Source: Pyrobaculum calidifontis JCM 11548
Lineage (GTDB): Archaea; Thermoproteota; Thermoprotei; Thermoproteales; Thermoproteaceae
NCBI RefSeq assembly: GCF_000015805.1
Contig: NC_009073.1
Location: forward strand, 960,001-992,000
Reading direction: 5' to 3'
Length of the DNA stretch: 32,000 bases
Shown: one piece after another, positions 8,479 through 18,259 of the stretch
Numbering within the stretch: position 1 is the stretch's first letter
How the letters are laid out: every line of letters starts with the position of its first letter
The notes under the pieces: generated by a model
The model's input: the letters and a program-made list of their open reading frames with translations, nothing else
Databases searched by the model: none
Told to the model about the DNA's origin: nothing
Translations under genes and position numbers: made by a program

Positions 8479-9369
8479 ATGGCGAAGTACTTGGGGATAG
8501 ATGTGGGGGCGACGTGGACTAGGGCCATTTTAGTTGATGAGGGCGGCTCCGTTCTGTCAAGGGCGAAGATTAGGACTGGCGTGAGCCCCGTTGCTGAAAT
8601 CGCCGAGGTTGTCGCTGGTTGGGATTTCGACGCGGTGGGGGTGGGGTCCATTGGCCCAATGGATCTCAAAACGGGGGTGGTCGTAAATTCTCCGAACTCT
8701 CCCTCTAGGCGGTTTCCACTTGTGGAGCCTCTGAAGAAGTTCAAAAGGCCTGTGGTAGTTGCTAACGACTGCGTGGCGGCGGTGTGGGGCGAGTACGTGT
8801 TTAAATACCACGTGGACAACATGGCGTACTTGACTTTGTCCACTGGCGTTGGGGTTGGGGCAATTGTAAACGGAGTCTTGCTGTTGGGCAAAGACGGCAA
8901 CGCCCACGAGCTCGGCCACGCCGTGATAGACTTCAAGTCGCCTAGGCGGTGCGGTTGCGGCGGCCTCGGCCATTTTGAGGCCTTCGTCGGCGGCGCCAAC
9001 ATGCCCAGCTTCTACCAAGAGGTCGCCGGGGAAGGGCCCCTCCTGCCTGAGGAGATATTTAAGCGGGCTAGAGAGGGCTACCGCAAGGCAGTGGAGTTCT
9101 TAGACGTGTGGTTGGACGCACTTGCGGCGGGGGTAGCCACCATCCTTGCAGCATATGACCCAGAGCTTTTGATAGTGGGGGGATCTATAGCCTTGAACAA
9201 CTGGGACATTGTGGGCCGGGAGTTGCCCAAGAGGCTTGTAAAATACCTGGGCGTAAGAGGGGCGGAGATTAGGCCGGCGTCTTTTGGTGACGACGAGGTG
9301 GCCATCGGGGCCGCCGCTCTGGCGTATAAGACGCCTGAGACATTGAAGAAGTTTGGGTATCCCCGATAG
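8479..9369 (+). CDS. ROK-family sugar kinase (probable ATP-dependent glucokinase/hexokinase)
   Basis: N-terminal LGIDVGATWTR ATPase motif. ROK zinc motif region CGCGGLGHFEAF. 296 aa. Confidence 0.85.
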   Translation: MAKYLGIDVGATWTRAILVDEGGSVLSRAKIRTGVSPVAEIAEVVAGWDFDAVGVGSIGPMDLKTGVVVNSPNSPSRRFPLVEPLKKFKRPVVVANDCVAAVWGEYVFKYHVDNMAYLTLSTGVGVGAIVNGVLLLGKDGNAHELGHAVIDFKSPRRCGCGGLGHFEAFVGGANMPSFYQEVAGEGPLLPEEIFKRAREGYRKAVEFLDVWLDALAAGVATILAAYDPELLIVGGSIALNNWDIVGRELPKRLVKYLGVRGAEIRPASFGDDEVAIGAAALAYKTPETLKKFGYPR

Positions 9370-9391
9370 GCGCCCTGCCGTAGTGAAAAAG

Positions 9392-9402
9392 TTTAAAATA
9401 TA
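9392..9402 (+). promoter_or_regulatory. TATA-like box for the uL15-secY unit
   Basis: TTTAAAATATA centred about 24 nt upstream of ATG 9421. Confidence 0.5.
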
Positions 9403-9420
9403 GGGGATTGAGGCGGCTAC

Positions 9421-9891
9421 ATGGTTAGACGTTTTAAGCGCGCTACTAAGTATAGGAGGGGGAGCAGGACGCATGGTTGGGGGCGAGTGGGCCAGCATAG
9501 GAAGAGCGGCGGCTCTGGCGGCAAGGGCATGGTTGGCTTTCACAAGCATAAGTGGTCTCTCGTCATGAAGTACGGCGAGAGCGGCACCGGCTGGCCCTTC
9601 TACGGAAAACACGGGTTTAAACAACCCGAAACCATCTCCGTCGAGTGGCGCCCCATAAACGTGGGCAGACTGGCCGAGCTGGTTAAAGAGCTTAGGGAGA
9701 GGGGCGAGGTGAGAGAGGAGGAGGGCCGCCTAGTTGTAGACTTGTTAAAACTTGGCTACAACAAGCTGTTGGGCGGAGGGCACATGGACGTGCCCCTAGT
9801 GGTCTACACGCCTGTGGCCAGCAAAGCCGCTGTTGAGAAAATAGCGAAGGCCGGGGGGGAGGTGCGCATTGTGAGCCTAGTCCACAGGTGA
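9421..9891 (+). CDS. rpl15: Large-subunit ribosomal protein uL15 (L15)
   Basis: Basic Gly-rich N-terminus [24 protein letters not shown]. Immediately upstream of and overlapping secY (ATGA), the conserved archaeal order. Confidence 0.9.
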
Positions 9892-11258
9892 TGGATTTTC
9901 TAACCTTCATACCCACAGTCCCGAGGCCGCCTAGGCGGTTGTCGATATCTAGGAGGCTGTTTTGGACGGCCGTAGTAGCAACTATCTACATACTTATGAC
10001 GATAACGCCGCTCTACGGGATTCCGCATACCCAAGCAGCGCAGGGAAATCCTCAGCTTCAGCAACTCCTCTCCATAATCTTCGGCACGGCGTCGGGCACG
10101 CTTGCCCACCTCGGCATAGGTCCCATCGTCATAGCCGGTATCTTGATGGAGGTTTTCGCGTTCTCCGGCGTATTGAACCTAGATTTAAACAAGCGGGAGG
10201 ATAGGCTCAAGTTTACGTTGATGCTGAAGTGGGCGGCCCTGGGAATAGCGGCTTTAGAGGCGACTGCTTACGTGCTGGGCGGCCAATTCGGCACTGTTAC
10301 GCCTCTCGGCGGAGTGTTAATAGTCCTCCAACTGTTGCTGGCCACAGTCATAATACTGCTCCTAGACGACTTGATGTCTAAGGGCTGGGGTATCGGTAGC
10401 GCTATTAGTCTAATAATATTCTTGGGAGTGTCTAGGCAGATATTCCTAAGCCTATTCTCCTGGGACACAGTCCAAGACTCTAACGGCAATACGCAAGTCT
10501 TCGGTCTTCTCCCCGCGCTTGGAGTAGCCTTGTACGACCTCTTTACTTCTGGGAATGCAAACACCTTGCTGGGGCTTGTAAACCGCCCACTAACCGTCAA
10601 CACCTACCTCCCCGACTTCGTAGGGCTTGTCGCCACAATCCTCCTAGGCTACATAATACTCTACCTAGAAATGATGAAAGTGAACATACCCGTCGCCTCT
10701 GCGCAGTACCGTGGAATTAAGTTCACAATACCCCTGCGCTTCGTCTACGTGTCGGTACTGCCAATAATATTCACCACCTACTCGCTACTGCTGGTGGGGC
10801 AACTCTTGCAACCATTTGCCGCAAACAACCCGGCGCTAATTACGGTCCTCAATGTGATATTTCTGCCGCATAGATATTTCGACCCGCTTCTCATAATACT
10901 CAACTTCGCCCTGTACGTGGCCCTCGCCATAGCCTTTGCTTGGATTTGGGTGCAGTTGGCTGGGCTAAGCGCCGAGGATCAAGCAAGGCAGTTTACGCAG
11001 TCACAGCTACACGTCCCAGGGTTTAGGCAGAGCGAGCGCGTGTTGGCCAAAATCTTGGAGAGGCCTATAAACGCGTTGACTATCATAAGCGGATTTATAG
11101 CAGGCACCTTTGCGTCTCTTGGAAACGTGCTAGGCGTGTGGGGCGGCGGCGTGGGGCTAATACTGCTCGTCGAAATTGCCCTACAGTACTACGCCTTGGT
11201 GATGCGGGAGCAGTTGCTCGAGATGTACCCAGGCCTCAAGGAGGTTCTAAGCAGGTAG
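9888..11258 (+). CDS. secY: Preprotein translocase subunit SecY
   Basis: 456 aa with 10 TM segments. Conserved position after uL15. SecY-like segments such as [14 protein letters not shown]. Confidence 0.95.
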
Positions 11259-11263
11259 GCGCG

Positions 11264-11277
11264 TTAAAAATTTAAAG
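11264..11277 (+). promoter_or_regulatory. TATA-like box driving the small KE-rich ORF and the SPOUT methyltransferase gene
   Basis: TTAAAAATTTAAAG centred about 27 nt upstream of ATG 11297. No comparable A/T box precedes GTG 11426. Confidence 0.5.
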
Positions 11278-11296
11278 CAGGTCCTATTGGTCGCTC

Positions 11297-11425
11297 ATGG
11301 GCGGTAGGCAGAGGACTTCGCTGTTTATGACTACAGAGGAAGAGGCAAAGAAGCTTGGGCTAGAGACTGAGGAGGAGAAGAAGGAGAAGAGCAAGGAAAA
11401 GGAAAAAGAGAAGGGGAAGAAGTAG
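11297..11425 (+). CDS. Candidate leaderless small ORF (42 aa, Lys/Glu-rich): MGGRQRTSLFMTTEEEAKKLGLETEEEKKEKSKEKEKEKGKK
   Basis: ATG sits about 26 nt downstream of the TATA-like TTAAAAATTTAAAG (11264-11277). It ends at TAG 11423-11425, directly abutting and in frame with the GTG of the next gene. Below the 60-aa cutoff of the ORF track. Confidence 0.4.
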   Translation: MGGRQRTSLFMTTEEEAKKLGLETEEEKKEKSKEKEKEKGKK

Positions 11426-12247
11426 GTGTTTTCTATTGCAATTCCACACGATTTTCTTTCTGAGTCTCCAGATGAGGCTAGCAAGGTGAGGAAGATTGGC
11501 TTCTTGGCTAGGGCGGCGGCGATTTTCAAGGCCCCCCTAATCATAATCTACCACTACGGGAAGCCGCTTAGAGAAGAAATAGACCTCATGAAGACGTTGT
11601 TAGAGTACTTGGCCACGCCCCCCTACCTTAGGAAAAAGGTGTATAAGCTAGACAAGAGGCTTAAGCTAGCTGGACTCCTTCCCCCACTTAAGATTCCCAG
11701 CCACGTTGCGCCAGAAGAGCCCCGAGTCGGCGAAGTGCGCGAGGGGGTGGTGGAGCGGTGGGACGGCTACTACTCCCTCGTCTACATCGGCGGGGGCAGA
11801 TACGCCAAGGTGCCAAAGCCGTATCCAATAGGGACACGCCTCCTCGTGAAAATAGAGGCGCCCACCCAGAGGTCTGACACGTTCAGAGCCTCGGTGTTCA
11901 AGGGGCCTCCGCCCGCGTATTGGGGCTACCGCGTCGAGGTAAGACCCCTGGAGACTCTGACAGAGGGTTTCGACACTGTGGTACTCACGGGCAAGGAGGG
12001 AAAGTCTATATGCGAAACGAACATTAGACTGGGAGAAAAGACGCTTATAGTTTTTGGCAGTCCGCGCAAGGGCGTTGACGAAATATACAGAGAGGCGGGG
12101 CTGAAGCCCCCCGGCGATCTGGTGAACTTTGTGCCTGGGCAGGGAGTTGAGACTATTAGGACAGAAGAAGCCGCCTTTATTGTCTTAGGCGTGTTGCACT
12201 ACTTAGCCAATTGCGGCGCTAGACGAGGTTGTAGTCCTCGAGCTTGA
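11426..12247 (+). CDS. SPOUT-superfamily RNA methyltransferase-like protein (DUF171 / COG2106 family)
   Basis: The N-terminus FSIAIPHDFLSESPDEASKVRKIGFLARAAAIFKAPLIIIY matches, from memory, the characteristic start of DUF171 proteins. 273 aa. No TATA box of its own. Confidence 0.75.
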   Translation: MFSIAIPHDFLSESPDEASKVRKIGFLARAAAIFKAPLIIIYHYGKPLREEIDLMKTLLEYLATPPYLRKKVYKLDKRLKLAGLLPPLKIPSHVAPEEPRVGEVREGVVERWDGYYSLVYIGGGRYAKVPKPYPIGTRLLVKIEAPTQRSDTFRASVFKGPPPAYWGYRVEVRPLETLTEGFDTVVLTGKEGKSICETNIRLGEKTLIVFGSPRKGVDEIYREAGLKPPGDLVNFVPGQGVETIRTEEAAFIVLGVLHYLANCGARRGCSPRA

Positions 12248-13448
12248 CCCCCCTCTCCAACGTCTTGTGAGGCCACACCTTCACGCGCCTCAGCACAGCC
12301 CCATCGCCAACTGTCGCATCGTCGGCGATCACGGAGTCTTCTATCACGGCCCCCTCTCCCACGTAGACATGCCGCCCTATGATGGATCTCCTAATCACGG
12401 CCCCCCTGCCCACGTAGGACCTATCCATTATCACTGAGTCTTCGACGGTGGCCCCTTCTCTCAATACAACGTAGTTGTCTATCACAGAGGACTTGATGTA
12501 GCTGTTTGCACCAATGTGCACATGCCGCCCTATTAATATGTGGCCCTCTATTTTTACCGCCCCACTGGCGATGTCGGCACGTATCTTCTCCTTCAGCGCC
12601 TTTGACTGTCTGCTTGTTCCCTGGGCGTATACAGACGGCGCTATCTCCTCAGCCTCTAGCTCCTGCGGCGTCAAATTCTCCAAGAGGTACTGCACAGCCT
12701 TTAGATACCGGCCGGGAGTCCCCACGTCGAACCAATAGCCGCGGGTGACATAGCCGTACACCGGCAGGCCAGCTGCCACCACCGCTGGTATTACGTCGCC
12801 GCCGAAGTCCAGCCTGCCCTCCATGTACAGCTTTTGCCCAAGCTCGCCCTCGAAGAAGTCTCTGAAGTCCTCCGAGAGGAGGTATATCCCAGTATTCACC
12901 AAGTTGCTGGGCGCGTCCTCCCGCCTCTTCGGCTTCTCCACGAACTTCAATATGCGCATCTCTTCGTCGACGGCGGCCACGCCGAACTCGCTTAAGTCGC
13001 CCTCCTCCTCCTCCTTGAGGGCAATGGTGATAAAGGCCCTCTTCTCACTATGTACTTTATACATCTCCTCCAAGTCCAGCTTAAACACGTTGTCCCCCTG
13101 CACCACGAGCGCCGGCTCCTTGATGTCGTAGTACTCCATGGTGGCCAACACAGCCTCGGCGTTGCCCCGAGTCTCTACACGGGGCATGTACCTAATGCGG
13201 ACTTTTCTCCCATACCGCGCATAGAACCACGCGCCCTCCCTAAAGTAGTCGTATATGTCGCGGTAGTTGTAGTAACCCCTCACGCCGAAGTACACCTCCT
13301 CTACGCCCTGCTGAGCCAGTTGTAATATCGTTAGCTCAACTAGGGGCCTGTTGAGAAACCTCACCATCGCCTTCGACGTCTCAACCGTGAGAGGACGAAG
13401 GCGCACAGCCTCGCCGCCGACGGGAATAATGGCAACTCTAACGCCCAT
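12219..13448 (-). CDS. Sugar-1-phosphate nucleotidyltransferase (NDP-glucose pyrophosphorylase-like) with C-terminal left-handed beta-helix
   Basis: N-terminal IIPVGGEAVRLRPLT (GxGxRLxPLT motif). C-terminal hexapeptide repeats (IGRHVHIG, VGRGAVI, VGEGAVI). Adjacent to the glycogen synthase gene. Confidence 0.85.
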   Translation of the reverse strand: MGVRVAIIPVGGEAVRLRPLTVETSKAMVRFLNRPLVELTILQLAQQGVEEVYFGVRGYYNYRDIYDYFREGAWFYARYGRKVRIRYMPRVETRGNAEAVLATMEYYDIKEPALVVQGDNVFKLDLEEMYKVHSEKRAFITIALKEEEEGDLSEFGVAAVDEEMRILKFVEKPKRREDAPSNLVNTGIYLLSEDFRDFFEGELGQKLYMEGRLDFGGDVIPAVVAAGLPVYGYVTRGYWFDVGTPGRYLKAVQYLLENLTPQELEAEEIAPSVYAQGTSRQSKALKEKIRADIASGAVKIEGHILIGRHVHIGANSYIKSSVIDNYVVLREGATVEDSVIMDRSYVGRGAVIRRSIIGRHVYVGEGAVIEDSVIADDATVGDGAVLRRVKVWPHKTLERGVKLEDYNLV

Positions 13449-13485
13449 ACTACTTACTACATGCGTATATAACTATTTTCCACGC

Positions 13486-14940
13486 CTATCTCACAGTCAC
13501 AGCCCTGTAGTAGGCAAAGGTCCTGGCCCTCTCGTAGCACTTCTCCAACATATCGACAGTATGTACAAGCCGAAATCTGCTATCCACGTACTTAACGATC
13601 TCGTGACGCGGAGGGGTCTTGTAGACGCCTGTGGCCAGCGCCTCAAGCACCCTGCCAAGTCCCTCTACATCTTCTGGCTCCACTAAGACGCCGTAGCCGT
13701 CTACTACTTCAGGCAAGCCGCCGACTCTGGCGGCCACCACGGGGGTTCCGAGGGCCATGGCCTCTATCGCCGATATGCCGAAGGGCTCCCACCGCGAGGG
13801 CATTACCAAGGCCTTTGCCACATAGTGAAGCGCCTTGTACAGTCTGGGGGGGACCCTAGAGGTCACCAACGCCGCCTTACCCCACCGCTCGGCCACAAGA
13901 CGCTTCACGTACTCCTCGTAGCCGGGCTCTCCCGCGGGCATCCCCAAGATGAGCAGGCGGGCCGAGGAGCTGAAGTCAAGCGCCTTGACGGCCAAGTCTA
14001 TGCCCTTCTGCCACGAGAGTCTGCCAACCGCAAGAAAAAGCGCCCCTCCAGGCTCTACGTGTCCCACGGCGCCCAGCCCCTCGGCCTCTTTCACAAGCTT
14101 CCACACGTCGCCCTCTGAAACGCCAGCCACCTCGTCTATAGACCAATCGGTGGAGTTATACACAACACAAGACTTATCCCTCAGCCACTGCCCATGTTTA
14201 TTCAACAGCTCCTCGAGGTAGCCGTAGCTCACTGTGGAGATTACGTCGGCCTCCAGCACCCCGAACTTCTCCACGTTTCCCCACGCCTCGTTCCACACGG
14301 CGTCGTAGTACTCATAGCGGTGGCAACAGACTCGCCACACCGGGTGTGGCCTATTCACAAGTCCGGCCCACTCCGCGTAGTGCCAAGGAAAGGCGTAGTC
14401 CCACGACAAGTGGATGGTGTAGAGCAGAGGCAGGGCGACCCCCCTCCTCTCGCCTAAGTCCTTTAAAGCGACGCCAGCCAAGACGGTGGGCCAGTCGTTC
14501 ACGTGCACTAAGTCAGGGAGGCCGAACCTCTCGGCGAAGGCCACAGCCGCCCTCGCGAGAAGGGCAGACTTCTCCTCGGCGTACTCGTAGACGCCCCATC
14601 TGTCAAAGACGTGGCCTGTGGCGTAGTCGAGACCCTTAAACATGACGATCTTAACGCCCTGCACCCACGTGATCTCTGCCCCCAGGCAGTACGGATATGC
14701 CTTGCCGTCCACGCCCCACCTCTCTCCACACGCGCGGAAGTCGAGGGGGAATAGGTCAAAACCTCTGTTGGGGTCGAGGTGCCTCCCGTGGCTGGGCATG
14801 AGCACCGTTACGTCGTACCCCCTCTTGGCCAGCCCCACAGCGTACTGGCGTACGGCCTCGGCAAGACCCCCCACCTTCACGAGGCCAGCAAATTCAAACG
14901 TGAGTATGTACACCCGGCGAATTTTCTCAGGAGCGTACAT
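13486..14940 (-). CDS. glgA: Glycogen (starch) synthase
   Basis: N-terminal KVGGLAEAV (KxGGL motif), 484 aa with a GT-B architecture. Overlaps the upstream GH57 gene by 14 nt. Confidence 0.9.
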   Translation of the reverse strand: MYAPEKIRRVYILTFEFAGLVKVGGLAEAVRQYAVGLAKRGYDVTVLMPSHGRHLDPNRGFDLFPLDFRACGERWGVDGKAYPYCLGAEITWVQGVKIVMFKGLDYATGHVFDRWGVYEYAEEKSALLARAAVAFAERFGLPDLVHVNDWPTVLAGVALKDLGERRGVALPLLYTIHLSWDYAFPWHYAEWAGLVNRPHPVWRVCCHRYEYYDAVWNEAWGNVEKFGVLEADVISTVSYGYLEELLNKHGQWLRDKSCVVYNSTDWSIDEVAGVSEGDVWKLVKEAEGLGAVGHVEPGGALFLAVGRLSWQKGIDLAVKALDFSSSARLLILGMPAGEPGYEEYVKRLVAERWGKAALVTSRVPPRLYKALHYVAKALVMPSRWEPFGISAIEAMALGTPVVAARVGGLPEVVDGYGVLVEPEDVEGLGRVLEALATGVYKTPPRHEIVKYVDSRFRLVHTVDMLEKCYERARTFAYYRAVTVR

Positions 14941-16300
14941 ACCGCTCTGCGGCGGGGAGGGGTAGTAGGAAGACGTCGGTGAGCCACTTCAAAAGCTCTT
15001 CCCTGTGTCTCTCCTTGAAGGAGCGGTCGACGCTCTTGAGGTCTTTCAGGGAGCAAAGCCGGAGGCCCTCGGCCCAGAAACACCTCTCGTCTTTGAACGA
15101 TAGTCGCTCGGCGGCCTCCACAGTCCACTTCTCCCGTATGTGGAACAGAAGCGCCGTCAACGCCGACATATACACGTCGTGAGCCTTGTAGGCGGAGCCG
15201 TAGGGGCTGAAGTATGAGTGCACCTCCCCCGCGGGCCCCATCTTAGTGGCTTGGTAATAGAAGTGGTCGCTTGTGGAGAGGAGGCGCCAGAGCCTTAGCA
15301 CATCGCCGCCTAGTGCCTTGGCGTATGGGTATAGCCACGCTAGTAGGGAGAAGGCCTCTCTCTGGAGCTCGTTGCCGAGCCACGCCGATAGGTCGCGTTC
15401 GTCGGCCCAGCTGATGGTGCTCCAGGGCGGCACATCGTAGACGTCGCGCGGCGGGTAGCGTTGCGCTGCCTCGGACACCGTGGCAAAGGAGAGCCTAGGC
15501 CTTTTCGCGACTTCTCGGGGGAGCCACTTCAAGAACTCGTGTATCCCCGACTCTGGCCAGTGGTGTTCGCCAAATGTCTCGTAGTCCACGGCGATAAGCA
15601 CTACGTCCCCCGGCGTTGCCTCAAGCCAGGCGGCGTATTTGTCGGCGGTCAAGGGCCACTGGTCCCACCACCTGGCCCCAAACCTAAAGCCAATGTCGTC
15701 GCTGAGCCTATAGTTCCTTGTTAAAACTCTGGCGTCGCATCCCCACGCCTTGTAGACGTAGTTGGGCGACCGCCAGCCCAGAACCCACTCCACTCCCTCG
15801 GTCACCACTGTGGAAAAGCCCATTTCCCAGAGGGCACACGCCACGTCGTTGTTGTATATAAACTCGGTGTTCTCCGCGGCCCTCGGCCTATAGCCGACTA
15901 GCTCTTCCACAGCCTTAGCATGCTCCTCCACCTGCTCCCTGAACTCTTCTCTGTCTATAAACCACGCGAGACTGTGATAGTAGGTCTGCGCCACGAACTC
16001 AGAGCCGAGGGCCGCGAGCTCTTGAAACATTGACAATACGTCGGGCGCCCACTTGCGCATCTGCTCCAAGGCGAGGCCGCTGACGCTGAAGGTGACGCGG
16101 AAGCCCGGAACCTCCCTTGCCGCCTCCAGGATTATACGCGTTGCAGGCCTGTAGACCTTTTCCACGACCCTCTTGAAGATCGAGGCGTTGAGCTCGTCGT
16201 AAAACACCTCGTGCTCGCTTGGCGTACGGGGAAACACTCGGCGTAGGTCTGGGCGTATACGCCTCGGCTGGTGTACTTCGAAAAATAGTACTACATCCAC
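14927..16300 (-). CDS. Glycoside hydrolase family 57 alpha-glucan-active enzyme (alpha-amylase-like)
   Basis: N-terminal FFEVHQPRR (GH57 region I HQP), VDYETFGEHHW segment, 457 aa. TATA-like box 16321-16331 on the minus strand. Confidence 0.85.
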   Translation of the reverse strand: MDVVLFFEVHQPRRIRPDLRRVFPRTPSEHEVFYDELNASIFKRVVEKVYRPATRIILEAAREVPGFRVTFSVSGLALEQMRKWAPDVLSMFQELAALGSEFVAQTYYHSLAWFIDREEFREQVEEHAKAVEELVGYRPRAAENTEFIYNNDVACALWEMGFSTVVTEGVEWVLGWRSPNYVYKAWGCDARVLTRNYRLSDDIGFRFGARWWDQWPLTADKYAAWLEATPGDVVLIAVDYETFGEHHWPESGIHEFLKWLPREVAKRPRLSFATVSEAAQRYPPRDVYDVPPWSTISWADERDLSAWLGNELQREAFSLLAWLYPYAKALGGDVLRLWRLLSTSDHFYYQATKMGPAGEVHSYFSPYGSAYKAHDVYMSALTALLFHIREKWTVEAAERLSFKDERCFWAEGLRLCSLKDLKSVDRSFKERHREELLKWLTDVFLLPLPAAERYVRS

Positions 16301-16385
16301 AGACGCAGATAGGGCCGTGAATATACATTTAACGGATACCTGACGCGGGCGGCATAGTTTATATAGAAGTATAGATTTGTGGCAT

Positions 16386-18212
16386 ATGGCTGGGTGGCAG
16401 GGAAGAGTTCTTCGGGTGGACTTAACAAGAAAGAAGGTCGTGGTGCAAGAGCTAGACGCCTCTGTGGCGCGTCAGTTTATTGGGGGCAGGGGGCTCGCCG
16501 TGAAGATCTTGTGGGACGAGCTTCCCCCCGGCGTAGACCCCCTCTCTCCATACAACAAACTGGTTTTCGCGGCAGGCCCCCTCACCGGCCTCCCTGGTCC
16601 CAACTTTGGGAAACTAGTAGTAGCGGCTAAGAGCCCCCTCACCGAGGGCTACGGCGACGGCAACATTGGGACGTGGGTCGCCGTCAATTTGCGCAAAGCG
16701 GGGTACGACGCACTCGTCGTAGAGGGGAAGGCCGAGAAGCCCTCCTATATCTACATAGAGGGCGATAAGGTGGAGATCTACGATGCGCGGGACCTCTGGG
16801 GGCTAAACGCGTGGGCTACTGAGGAGAAGCTCCAGAAGATACACGGGCGAGATGCCGCAGTTGTGACAATAGGCCCCGCCGGCGAGAACTTAGTGCGGTT
16901 TGCCACAGTGGTGTCTCAAAAGGGCCGCTCTGGGGGGAGGCCGGGGATGGGGGCGGTCATGGGGTCTAAGCTGTTGAAGGCGGTGGTGGTCAAGGGCAAG
17001 GGCGAAATTCCCATAGCTGACAAATCTGCCTACCAGAAGCTTGCCGTGGAGGCGGTTAAGGAGGGCTCCTCTAGCCCAAGCTACGGCTTCTGGATGCGGC
17101 AGGGCACAACTTCGACGGTGGAGTGGGCGCAGGAGGCCAGCGTGCTTCCCACGTACAACTTCTCGGAGGGGCAGTTCGAGGAGTTTGAGAAAATTGGGGG
17201 CGCCGCCGTGGAGAAGTTTGAGACAGACCTCAAGTCGTGTCCCCTGTGCTTCATGGCGTGCGGCCACTGGGTCCCCGCGGTGGAGGGCACGGCGGAGGTG
17301 GACTACGAGAACATAGCCATGTTGGGATCCAACCTGGGGATAGGCGACTTGCAGAAGGTAGCCGAGTTGAACAAAATCGCCGACGTAATGGGCATGGACA
17401 CCATATCGCTCGGCAACGTGCTCGGCTACGCCATGGAGGCGTCCGAGAGGGGGCTTGGGGACAAGCTCGGCTTTGTGGTAGAGTGGGGCGACTTCGAGGC
17501 GGCTAGGCAACTGGCCCTAGATATTGCGCATAGGAGGGGATTCGGCGACCTCTTGGCCGAGGGAGTCAAGAGAGTGGCGGAGAGGATCGGGGGCACCGAC
17601 TTTGCGATACACGTCAAGGGGCTCGAGGTCTCTGCCTACGACTGCCACGCCGCGCCAGCCATGGCGCTTGCGTATGCCACATCGCCGATTGGGGCCCACC
17701 ACAAGGATGCCTGGGTAATATCCTGGGAGGTTAAGACAGACCGCTTCGGCTACACGAGGGAGAAGGCCGCCAAAGTGGTGGAGTTGCAGAGGATTAGGGG
17801 CGGGTGGTTTGAAACCTTTGTGGGCTGCCGCTTCCCCTGGGTCGAGGTGGGCCTGCCGCTTGAGTGGTACGCCAAGTTGTTCAAGGCCGCCACGGGGGTA
17901 GACGCAACCCCCGACTACTTCAACGAGGTGGGAGACAGGATATACGCCCTGATAAGGGCCTTCTGGATAAGAGAGTACGGGCAGTGGAGCAGGGACATGG
18001 ACATGCCGCCGGCTAAGTGGTTTAAACAGCCGCTGACGCGCGGCCCACTGAAGGGGGCGCGGCTCGACTACGACGGTTACAACCAGCTCCTGGACTACTA
18101 CTACGAGATCAGGGGGTGGGACAGGCGCGGCGTGCCGACGCGCGAGACGCTGAGAAAGCTCGGCCTAGACTACGTAATCCCCACCCTCGAGAAAGTGGTA
18201 GAGCTGGCCTAG
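16386..18212 (+). CDS. aor: Tungsten-type aldehyde:ferredoxin oxidoreductase family protein
   Basis: AOR N-terminal domain (GRVLRVDLT...GGRGLAVKILWDE). CxxCxxxC cluster motif (CPLCFMAC) plus a later Cys (VGCRF). I prefer ATG 16386 over the track's TTG 16377 because TTTATATA at 16358-16365 is centred about 25 nt upstream. Confidence 0.9.
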   Translation: MAGWQGRVLRVDLTRKKVVVQELDASVARQFIGGRGLAVKILWDELPPGVDPLSPYNKLVFAAGPLTGLPGPNFGKLVVAAKSPLTEGYGDGNIGTWVAVNLRKAGYDALVVEGKAEKPSYIYIEGDKVEIYDARDLWGLNAWATEEKLQKIHGRDAAVVTIGPAGENLVRFATVVSQKGRSGGRPGMGAVMGSKLLKAVVVKGKGEIPIADKSAYQKLAVEAVKEGSSSPSYGFWMRQGTTSTVEWAQEASVLPTYNFSEGQFEEFEKIGGAAVEKFETDLKSCPLCFMACGHWVPAVEGTAEVDYENIAMLGSNLGIGDLQKVAELNKIADVMGMDTISLGNVLGYAMEASERGLGDKLGFVVEWGDFEAARQLALDIAHRRGFGDLLAEGVKRVAERIGGTDFAIHVKGLEVSAYDCHAAPAMALAYATSPIGAHHKDAWVISWEVKTDRFGYTREKAAKVVELQRIRGGWFETFVGCRFPWVEVGLPLEWYAKLFKAATGVDATPDYFNEVGDRIYALIRAFWIREYGQWSRDMDMPPAKWFKQPLTRGPLKGARLDYDGYNQLLDYYYEIRGWDRRGVPTRETLRKLGLDYVIPTLEKVVELA

Positions 18213-18259
18213 GCCCCCTCCAAGCGTCAATTTTTAAAAGGGAGTACGGCCCCTGCGCC

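Noticed and set aside
8454-9018. 182-aa and 153-aa minus-strand ORFs
   Set aside because: They are antisense to the well-supported ROK kinase gene. Long antisense frames are expected in GC-rich DNA. Many other shadow ORFs in the track fall in the same class, for example 533..1006, 16890..17510, 28113..28670 and 19705..20187.
11423-11425. In-frame TAG as a pyrrolysine codon
   Set aside because: Pyrrolysine decoding is known from methanogenic Euryarchaeota and a few bacteria, not from Thermoproteales. No pyl genes are visible here. Reinitiation, read-through or mutation are more plausible.
11284-11544. 86-aa minus-strand ORF (Ser/Phe-rich)
   Set aside because: It is the antisense reading of the polypurine KE-rich tract and of the conserved N-terminus of the SPOUT gene. 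It is a low-complexity artefact.
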